Assembly (NCBI GenBank): GCA_963709585.1
Contig: CAVPXI010000014.1
Location: 416,001-480,000, forward strand
DNA from: Candidatus Dormiibacterota bacterium
Lineage (GTDB): Bacteria > Chloroflexota > Dormibacteria > Aeolococcales > Aeolococcaceae
Direction: 5' to 3'
Length of the DNA stretch: 64,000 nt
The translations under genes and the position numbers were made by a program. The notes beneath the pieces are model-generated. The model was not told where the DNA came from, did no database searches, and saw nothing but the letters and a program-made list of their open reading frames with translations. Positions 1-7,563 of the stretch are shown here, piece after piece. Within the stretch, counting starts at the first letter, position 1. Each line of letters begins with the position of its first letter.

Positions 1-1
1 G

Positions 2-307
2 GCAAGTGATGGCACGGTGAGCATCGTGATCGCGCTGGTTGTCGATGGCAGCCGTGCAGCAGCCGCCACTGATTATCCAAACTTTGTGAGCGCCGCCTGC
101 CCACCGGGGGGCCAGACCACGTCAAGTCACCCAACGATTGGAAGTGCGAGCAAAGCCGACGAGTTCGCGTGCGTCACTGGTGGGGACATTCAGGTCGCAT
201 TCACCCAAGGCGTCATGATGTGCGGGGTCTCGTCGGCTTCGACGGGTGTTACGGAGGCTCTCGCAAGGGCCGAATCCGCGAAGCTCACTCAATTGACTGG
301 CGTGTAG
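2..307 (+). CDS. hypothetical protein, 3' part (open at window edge)
   Basis: Frame is open from position 2 to TAG at 305-307; Ser/Thr/Ala-rich with 3 Cys, like other secreted proteins here; no family recognised. Confidence 0.4.
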   Translation, partial: ASDGTVSIVIALVVDGSRAAAATDYPNFVSAACPPGGQTTSSHPTIGSASKADEFACVTGGDIQVAFTQGVMMCGVSSASTGVTEALARAESAKLTQLTGV

Positions 308-623
308 CAGGCCGTCGAGTCCAAGCAACCGCACGGGCGATTGGTGACTTAGCTTCGCGCAAGACGCAAGGTCCGTTACGCGTTTCGAGACTACATTCGC
401 ACCACGCGTTCAAACCGTAGAGCCACGACCATCTCGGTCGGCTGTCAGGCCTACGGGCAGCCACCAGCCGCGCCGGTGATCGAGGAGCGGAGAGCTAACG
501 CAATCGGGCTGCGGCGACGAATTGAGCACCAAATATGAGCATCGCGTGAGCCTTTTCCCGGATGTCGCAGCGGTGCCTCCCGTCGGATGCTTGCGCCATC
601 TCACCGAGTACAGGAGGTAACAG

Positions 624-1382
624 ATGGCGATCGAGACTCGAGCAGCTGATTTGCTCTCTTCGGTAGAGCTGAGTCCACTTGAGGCTGCCTACCTCGCCGA
701 TGGAGTCCCCAGGGCGATTGGCGCCACCCTGGCCGGCCTCACACACATGGGGTTGATCGAGTTCCGGAGCGACCGAAAGGTGGTTGCTTTGAAGCCGGCG
801 CCGAGCAGTTTGGAGGATCCGATTCAACTTTCGGTGATCGACTTCGTGTCAAAGTCGAAGAACCCGAACTCGGTTGAGGACATTCGAAAACATGCCGAGC
901 CGGCCACGGAGCCGGTGCGCGATGCTCTCCAAGCTTCGGGCTTGCTCCTGAATGAGCGGGCCCGCTTGACCGGCGGATTGGCGATCGGCAGCGGGGGCCT
1001 CACGGCCTCCATCCTATTACTGAGTGCGGCGGGCGGTGGCATCTCCCTGAACTCAGTGTTTTGGGGATTGTTCGTGACGCTCGTCGCGACCCTTTACCTC
1101 GTCAAACTGCGACGCCGCACCCAACGTGGAAACGCCGTCTTGAAGCGCCTGCAGGAGGAGCACCTGGCCCTCAAGGAAACGACGCAGCACGCCCCGGCGC
1201 TGCTGACGCCGACGGATCTGGCGCTGGCCGTGGCCATCTACGGGCCGGCGATCCTCGAAGGCGGTCCGCTCAACGACATTGGCCACGCACTCAAGCGCGA
1301 GAGAAACAACCGCGGTGCCTGCGGTGGATGTGGCGGCTGCGGCGGCTGTGGCGGATGTGGCGGATGTGGCGGGTGCGCATGA
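624..1382 (+). CDS. TIGR04222-domain membrane protein with C-terminal (CGG)6C Cys/Gly tail; candidate MNIO substrate
   Basis: AGGAGG RBS at 612-617 and in-frame TAA just upstream fix the start; LSPLEAAYLADG..RAI.ATLAGL motif, two TM segments, RRRTQRG..LKRL, LALAVAIYG, tail GACGGCGGCGGCGGCGGCGGCA. Confidence 0.85.
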   Translation: MAIETRAADLLSSVELSPLEAAYLADGVPRAIGATLAGLTHMGLIEFRSDRKVVALKPAPSSLEDPIQLSVIDFVSKSKNPNSVEDIRKHAEPATEPVRDALQASGLLLNERARLTGGLAIGSGGLTASILLLSAAGGGISLNSVFWGLFVTLVATLYLVKLRRRTQRGNAVLKRLQEEHLALKETTQHAPALLTPTDLALAVAIYGPAILEGGPLNDIGHALKRERNNRGACGGCGGCGGCGGCGGCGGCA

Positions 1383-2212
1383 TGCCGCCGCTCGGTCTGG
1401 GAATCGGCTGGCGACCTGAACTGGCGCTCGCAATCGAGCGGCGTGAGGCGCTCGGCTTTGTCGAAGTGACGGCGGAGAACATCAGGCTCGACGACATCCC
1501 GCCGGCGCTGGCGCGGATGGTCGCGCGGGGGGTGCCAGTCATCGTGCACGGCCTCAGCCTTTCGCTTGGAGGAGCCGAGCAGCCGGATGCGCGGCGGCTC
1601 GACCACCTGGTCCGCGTGTCCCAGCGATTGGGCGCCAGCCTCGTCAGCGAGCATCTGGCATGCGTGCGGGCGGAAGGCCTGGAAGCGGGACACCTGCTTC
1701 CCGTCCCGCGAACTCGCGAGGCGCTGGAGGTCATCGTCGAAAACGTGGCCTGGACCAAGAGAATGCTGCCGTTCCCGCTGGCGTTAGAAAACATCGCCAC
1801 GCTGGTGGAGTGGCCGGGAGCGGCGATGGATGAAGCGTCGTTCCTGGCCGAGCTACTCAACCGAACGGACACAGCGCTGCTCTTCGATGTTTCCAACATG
1901 TACGCGAACGCGCGCAACGGCGGGTGGGATCCGGTAGTGGCCCTGGGCCGGCTTCCGCTCGGCCGTTTGGCCTACGTTCACGTGGCCGGCGGCACGCTGC
2001 GCGGCGATCTGTATCACGACACTCATGCGCACCCCGTGGGACCGGGCCCGCTGGCCTTGCTCGAAGAGCTCTGTTCGCGGATTGCGCCTCCCGGGGTCAT
2101 GCTGGAACGTGACGACGACTTTCCGCGAGAGTCGGAGCTGGAGGCTGAGCTGGAAGCCATTCGGATGGCCATCGCGCGCGGGGCCGCGCGGCGCATGGGC
2201 AACGCGAACTGA
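1379..2212 (+). CDS. DUF692 family multinuclear non-heme iron oxidative enzyme (MNIO, MbnB/TglH/ChrH/BufB-like)
   Basis: ATGA overlap with upstream stop; LGLGIGWRPEL, HGLSLSLGG, SEHLA, LENIA, LFDVSNMYAN, YVHVAGG, YHDTHAHPV, MLERDDDFP motifs. Confidence 0.93.
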   Translation: MMPPLGLGIGWRPELALAIERREALGFVEVTAENIRLDDIPPALARMVARGVPVIVHGLSLSLGGAEQPDARRLDHLVRVSQRLGASLVSEHLACVRAEGLEAGHLLPVPRTREALEVIVENVAWTKRMLPFPLALENIATLVEWPGAAMDEASFLAELLNRTDTALLFDVSNMYANARNGGWDPVVALGRLPLGRLAYVHVAGGTLRGDLYHDTHAHPVGPGPLALLEELCSRIAPPGVMLERDDDFPRESELEAELEAIRMAIARGAARRMGNAN

Positions 2213-2214
2213 TC

Positions 2215-2730
2215 ATGGACACGGCACGCCACCGTTTGGCTGCAATGGAAGCGCAATTCATCCGCTCCCTCTCGACCGGTGGGCCCTACTCCGCCGGCTC
2301 GGATCTCCGCGGGATGCGGGCAACATCCCAGCTCCTCCGGGCGAAGCGCGTGCGCACCATGGCGAGAGCCTGGCCGGAGCTGGCGGGCGTCCTCGGTAAC
2401 GGCCTTGCAGAGCGAGCGACCGACGCGTTGGCCGGCACACCACTTCCTCCCGGTGACCATGCGGTGCAGGACGGACTGATCGTTGCGCGTCATCTCGAGG
2501 CAGCGGGACCTATTCCCGACAGCCTGAAGCTGCGGATGCTCGGCGTGAGACTGCGTTACCACAGGAAACGAGGCCTGCTGGTTCAGTGGCCGCGCCCGGC
2601 ACTGGGATTCGCCTACCTTCGTCAGTCGGGACGCTTGATCTGCGCGCTCCGAGTTCCTGGATTACCGTTGCTGAGTATCTCCATCAGGGTCAGGTCGTCG
2701 CCCAGAGTGACGTCAGCTGACGTGGTGTAA
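2215..2730 (+). CDS. putative MNIO partner protein (SCO6045-C/DUF2063-like helical domain)
   Basis: 2 nt after DUF692 stop; RHRLAAMEAQFIRSL...LLRAKR..MARAWPELAGVLG...DG pattern typical of proteins fused or adjacent to actinobacterial DUF692. Confidence 0.65.
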   Translation: MDTARHRLAAMEAQFIRSLSTGGPYSAGSDLRGMRATSQLLRAKRVRTMARAWPELAGVLGNGLAERATDALAGTPLPPGDHAVQDGLIVARHLEAAGPIPDSLKLRMLGVRLRYHRKRGLLVQWPRPALGFAYLRQSGRLICALRVPGLPLLSISIRVRSSPRVTSADVV

Positions 2731-2949
2731 ATCCGGGGCTCGCTCGGCTACTCCACCGATGACGACCCGGACGGCAAGGGCCACGCGGATGTGCCTCGCG
2801 AGAGGATCGACCTGGCCACCGATCGGGAGACTTGACGGCCGGGGCGGTGCAGCCGGCGGTCGTGGGATCCCGGGCCCGTGCCACGCCTGCAATGTTATTG
2901 CCGGAAGTGGCTAAAACTTATACCGGGATGACATTTGTCCGTGCTGTGG

Positions 2950-2970
2950 CGAACAGGTGTTTGGTACAAT
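2950..2970 (+). promoter_or_regulatory. Gram-positive-type LexA (SOS) box overlapping an extended -10 promoter
   Basis: CGAAC-AGGT-GTTTG at 2950-2963 (GAAC-N4-GTTY); TGgTACAAT at 2962-2970, 6 nt before ATG 2977. Confidence 0.6.
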
Positions 2971-2976
2971 GTAGCA

Positions 2977-4189
2977 ATGGAAGCGTTCGCGATGCCGGAT
3001 GCGCGAGAGCGTATAGATGAGGCTGTCGATACGCTCGTCGGCGAGTTCATCGACGCTTTCTCCACACACGCCCTAGGCGCGGACCTGATCGACATCCGGC
3101 GGTCGATCGATCGGCTCGAAGCCGAGTTCATCCGCCGCTTGTATCGCTTCCATTGCGCTCGCAGAGCACAGGCCGACGGCGGCGGGAGCACGGTGTCCTG
3201 GCTGCGACGTTGCGGCATGACGGTCAAGGCGGCCGCCTACCGCGTGCACCTGGCGCGGACGCTCGGCGAGTTGCCGGCCGCGCTCGACAGCGCCCGTGCC
3301 GGTCGCGCCTCCTTCAGCAACGTGACCATGATCGCCCACCTCGCCGAGGATGTCGGCGTGGAGCAGGTGGCGCCGCTCGAGAGCATCCTGGTGGGAGCCG
3401 CGGAGACGCTCGACCCCAGGGCCATGCGCACCCTCACCCAGGTGACCCGGCTGCGGCTCGACCCCGATGGCGTGCTCGCCGATGACAACCGCGCCCACGA
3501 GCGTCGCTGGTTCGAGTGCGAGCAGACGTATGGCGGCGTGTTCGTCCTGCGTGGTGAGCTCGATGCCGAAGGCGGTGCGCTGGTGAAGACCGCGATCGAT
3601 GCGCTCAGTCACGGTATGAGCCGTGGAGAGACGCGGTCGGCGTCCCAGCGCCGTGCCGACGCGCTGGTCGATCTTGCAGCCACTCAGCTGCGCTGCGGTG
3701 ACCACCGCGATGTGCACGGGCAGCGGCCGCATCTCATGGTCACGGTGAGCGCGGAGACGCTGCGCTCTGGAGCTGATGCACAGCCCGCCGAGTTGAGCGG
3801 TGTAGGCCCGATCCATCCGGAAACCGCGCGCCGGATCGCCTGTGACGCGGTGCGGACGTTGGTGACGGTGGCGCCGCCCGCCGATGGTTCGGCGTGGACG
3901 GCCGGGAGCACGGGGGTGACGCCGCTCTCGGTCGGCCGGGCCACGCGCACCATCCCCGCACACATCCGCACCGCGCTGAACCTCCGCGACCAGGGCTGCC
4001 GCTTTCCGGGGTGCGACCGCCCGCCCCGCGTGGACCGATGGCCACCACATCATCCACTGGCCGGACGGCGGCCGAACCGAGGTCGACAACCTGGTCTCCC
4101 TGTGCCGGCCGCACCACCGCGCGGTGCACGAGCAGCGCTGGCGCATCCACATCGCAGACGGAATTGCCGTCGTGGAGCCGCCACCCTGA
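2977..4189 (+). CDS. DUF222 / HNH endonuclease (13E12-repeat family), +1 frameshift near 4026
   Basis: QRRADALVDL, RPHLMVTVS, TARRIACDA, LSVGRATR, RDQGCRFPGCDRP; the shifted frame continues AWTDGHHIIHWPDGGRTEVDNLVSLCRPHHRAVHE to TGA 4187-4189. Confidence 0.85.
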
Positions 4190-4327
4190 GGACAGTTTGA
4201 CTCGGACTGAGCCCGCGCCCGTCTGGTCCTGATCGCCGCGTGCTCCCGGCGCAGCACGCCAGGCGATGGCACCTCCATCAACGGTGCCCGCACATGTCGA
4301 GGGAAGAGCGACGAGGCGCATGTCGCG

Positions 4328-4390
4328 TGTCAGCAAAGTCGCCTCCGGCCGCGTTAGTAAGGGGGTGATCGATCAGCCCGCTGGATGACA
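4328..4390 (+). promoter_or_regulatory. ECF promoter / sigma 5'-end cassette, copy A
   Basis: TGTCAGC-N17-CGTTAGTAAGGGGGTGATC..., near-identical to the regions upstream of both ECF sigma genes. Confidence 0.7.
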
Positions 4391-4406
4391 GCGAAGGAGA
4401 CGTGAC

Positions 4407-4550
4407 GTGGTAGCTGCCCATGCGTGTCCTGCGTTCTCACCTGACGGACAGCGGCTCGCCTACGGTGAGGCCCGCGCCTCGGGCAGCGTCGGGGACGATC
4501 GAGGCGTGTGGCCGGTTTCGGATCGAGCCGTGGTGGTCGCGGGAGTCCGC
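4407..4550 (+). pseudogene. internal fragment of a TolB-like beta-propeller anti-sigma paralog
   Basis: Translates CPAFSPDGQRLAYGEARASG....RGVWPVSDRAVV, almost identical to an internal segment of the 15657-17358 product. Confidence 0.75.
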
Positions 4551-4599
4551 GATCGGCGACCTGTGCAGCGGCGGCACACGCGGCTGATGGGGTCCGCGC

Positions 4600-4700
4600 G
4601 AGCTGTCAGGCAGTTGACTGACAACGGATGGCCACGGTGCAACGCTCGCGTCACTGCGAGCGGTGGCATCGCAAATGCCACATCGGGGAGCGAGACCATG
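4600..4700 (+). promoter_or_regulatory. shared ~100-nt lipoprotein leader, copy 1
   Basis: Aligns with 11384-11485 on the minus strand: TGACTGACA.CGGATG.CCACGGTGC.ACGCTCGCG...TGGCAT...GCCACATC.GGGAG..GA.ACCATG. Confidence 0.65.
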
Positions 4701-5473
4701 ACAGTCGATAACAGGTCCAACAAGATAATTGGACACTTGCGCGCGAACGCGCTCGTGGGCGCGATCGCCGTCGGGCTTCTGGCAAGCGCATGCGCGGCGA
4801 CAACCTCGACACCCACGTCGTCGAAAGGCACCACGGCCGCGGCGACGCCCACTTCCGCACTCGGCGCCGGCAACGCGAAACTCATGGCCGTGAGGCAGAC
4901 AGCGCAGGTCCTAGGGACGGGCACTTATTCCAGCTACACCGTGGCCGTGCCCTCAGGCTGGCTCAATCTGGGTGAATTCGTCGTCAAGTACAACTCGGAA
5001 GAACCCGGGCCGGTGCTGGGCCTCAGCGTGTGGAACGTGGGACTGGTCTACCGCGACCCGTGCCACTGGAAGGGCAACGGGTTCGTCCCCAAGCCAGGCG
5101 TCGATAACCTCGTTGCCGCGCTCGTCGCCCAGAAGCTGCGAAACCCCACCACGCCGACCGACGTGACCCTCGCCGGGTACTCGGGCAAATATCTCGAGCT
5201 GTCGGTTCCCGCTGACATGAAGTCGACTAGATGGACTGACTTCGACGCCTGCGACATCGCCTTCAACGGCATCGATCGCGACTTTGCCGGCTGGCTCGGC
5301 ATCGGCAACGGCGAACGCTATGAGCAGGTCCCGGGCCAGGTCGACCAGCTGTGGGTCCTCAACGTCAATGGGCAACGGCTGCTCGTTGATGCCACGTTCT
5401 CGCCGGACACCTCCCAGCTGACCGGACGCAATTGGATCAAGTCGTCAGCTCACTCCAGATTGGAGGTCACTAA
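4698..5473 (+). CDS. lipoprotein, paralog of the extracellular domain of the adjacent anti-sigma; probable -1 frameshift near 5417
   Basis: GGGAG RBS, lipobox LASAC, Thr-rich linker; VYRDPCHW...TPTDVTLAGY..FDACD...VPGQVDQLWVL shared with 6026-6922; the shifted frame gives DRTQLDQVVSSLQIGGH* matching the paralog end. Confidence 0.75.
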
Positions 5474-5511
5474 CCGCGGCGGCACGCGCCTCCGGGAGCG
5501 TAAGTAAGGGA

Positions 5512-6033
5512 GTGATTGGATCAGCGAGCCAGATCACGAAAAGCGAATCCCTGCCTGAGCTGGCGTTCGAGGCTCTGGTGGCCACCGACGCAAAGCGGCT
5601 GTACACACTCGCGCTCTCCATCCTCAGGGACGATGGCGAGGCCGAGGACGCGGTGCAGGAGACGCTGCTCAAGGCATGGCGATCGTGGCCTTCCATCCGG
5701 GACAGCGATCACCTCCCGCGCTGGCTGACCCGCGTCTGCGTGAACCACTGCACCAGCGTGCGCCGGCGCCTCCGCGCGCGAGGCGGGCCGCCACTCGAAC
5801 TCTTCGAGGCGGCCGGATCGTGGGGTGGTCAGAGGAGCCCCGCAGAGATCATCGACGTCGATCGTGCATACCGCCGCCTGTCGATCAGGCAGCGGGCAGC
5901 GATCACCCTCAACTACGGATACGGCTACTCGGTCGAGGAGTTCGCGGATTTGATGGGATGCAGGCCCGGGACCGTGCGCACCCATGTCGCACGCGGGCTG
6001 GCCTCATTGCGAAAGGAGCTTGACGATGCTTGA
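5512..6033 (+). CDS. ECF (sigma-24 type) RNA polymerase sigma factor, paralog 1
   Basis: AEDAVQETLLKAW (region 2), WLTRVCVN, LSIRQRAAITL..GYSVEE.ADLMGCRPGTVRTHVARG (region 4). Confidence 0.92.
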   Translation: MIGSASQITKSESLPELAFEALVATDAKRLYTLALSILRDDGEAEDAVQETLLKAWRSWPSIRDSDHLPRWLTRVCVNHCTSVRRRLRARGGPPLELFEAAGSWGGQRSPAEIIDVDRAYRRLSIRQRAAITLNYGYGYSVEEFADLMGCRPGTVRTHVARGLASLRKELDDA

Positions 6034-6922
6034 CACCGAGCCCGAATTGGACCGAAAGCTGCGGGCTCTGTACAACCACATCAAGACTTAGGATCCGCCG
6101 GCAAGCGTCGCACTTTTTACGGTGCCGACGGCGCGCTCGCGCCATCAGGTGGTCAGTCGTCTCGTCGCCATTGCCGCGGTTGCCGCATTAGCGGCAGCGA
6201 TAGGGCTGTTCGCGATTGAGTTGAACGGGCACCGTGGCACCATCTCGCCAAGGCCGACGACCCAGCCCGCGTCGACGCCGAGCCCTAAGTCCACGCCCGT
6301 TCCCACGTTCAGTACCGGCGTCGTGCCACTCACCGCCGGGACGCATTCGGCGCTGGTGCTGGCCTCGGGCACCTATCCCGAGTACACCGTGGTCGTGCCC
6401 AAGGGCTGGTTCGAGCAGGACGGCCACTTCATGCTCAGCGGAGCGACCAAGCCGCTGCTGGGCTTCAGTATCTGGGACGTCGGACAGGTCTATCGCGACC
6501 CATGCCACTGGCAGGGCCAGGGGTTCGACCCCGGGCCGAGCGTCGCGAACCTCGTTGCCGCGCTCGTCGCGCAGAAGACGCGCAACGCCACCACACCGAC
6601 CGACGTGACCCTCGCCGGGTACACGGGCAAATACCTCGAGTGGTCGGTGCCCGCGGACATGAAGTCGAGCGCGTGGAGCGAGTTCGACGCCTGCGACGTC
6701 GACGCCACAGGCAATCACAACTTCAACAGCTGGCTTGCCTACGGCGTGGGCTACCGCTATGAGGAGGTCCCGGGCCAGGTCGACCAGTTGTGGGTCCTCG
6801 ACGTCAACGGGCAGCGACTGGTCGTTGATGCCACGTACGCACCCGACACCTCCCAAAGCCAGCGGGCGGCATTGGAGCACGTCGTGGAGTCACTCCGGTT
6901 CGGTGCCCGGAAGCCGACGTGA
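6026..6922 (+). CDS. single-pass membrane anti-sigma factor candidate with in-frame TAG at 6089-6091
   Basis: Start overlaps sigma stop; MLDTEPELDRKLRALYNHIKT*DPP aligns to paralog MLDIEPELDRQLQAMYDRIATQDP; TM helix, Pro/Thr linker, extracellular domain. Confidence 0.75.
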
Positions 6923-7055
6923 TCGAGAGTCACGCGCGCCCTGTCTCCCCAAGTGTCAGCGAGGAGACAGCGGACCCCTGCGACTTCTGCTATTGATTCA
7001 TTGACCGCAGTGCCGGGAGTTCAGCCCAGGCGGACGGCGGTTGGAGGCGACGATC

Positions 7056-7562
7056 ATGAGAAGGGATCTACTGATACTAGCGATGGTCGCAGGGGGATTC
7101 GTGGTTGCCGCGTGCGACCCGGCTCCATCATCCGCCACGCTGACCGCGCAGGTGGCCACGCTGCAGAAGCAGGCGGACATGTACCAGATCGACCAGATCG
7201 AGGTGACCTGGCACAAGGCCGCTTCGATCAAGGACCTCGATCTGATGATGACTCTCTGGGCTGACAACGCCACGTTCCAGATCGGCACGCAGACCGCTTC
7301 AGGGAAGGACCAGATTCGAGCCATGTGGGCCCAATCAAAACCGTTCCAGCCGCAGAACGACTGGGTGGACGAAACGCCAGCCTACAAGGCTGTCATCACC
7401 GTCAGCGGCAATACAGGCACGCTCTACTTCGAGTGCCACTTCGTCGACGTCCCCACCCGTAAGCTGGTCGGCGTTGTGGCCACCCAGCTTGAGGTTGCTC
7501 GCATCGGCGGGCGGTGGCTCATCACCAGCTCGACCGGGTCAACGCCTGTCCTGAGCCCCTGA
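7056..7562 (+). CDS. SnoaL/NTF2-like lipoprotein
   Basis: GGAGG RBS; lipobox VAAC; KDLDLMMTLWADNATF...GKDQIRA...RIGGRWLI NTF2 pattern. Confidence 0.75.
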   Translation: MRRDLLILAMVAGGFVVAACDPAPSSATLTAQVATLQKQADMYQIDQIEVTWHKAASIKDLDLMMTLWADNATFQIGTQTASGKDQIRAMWAQSKPFQPQNDWVDETPAYKAVITVSGNTGTLYFECHFVDVPTRKLVGVVATQLEVARIGGRWLITSSTGSTPVLSP

Positions 7563-7563
7563 T

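Noticed and set aside
523-552. TGAGCA/TGAGCA/TGAGCC repeats upstream of the MNIO operon as an operator
   Set aside because: Short, unevenly spaced (13 and 11 nt) and no cognate regulator nearby; cannot be supported without orthologous upstream regions
1061-1378. N-terminal extension of the DUF692 ORF (383 aa in the track)
   Set aside because: It is the alternative frame of the upstream gene (the WMWR repeats are the CGG tail); family similarity begins at ATG 1379
6941-6970. CTGTCTCC...GGAGACAG inverted repeat as a terminator
   Set aside because: 14-nt loop and no U-tract; could be an operator but is unsupported
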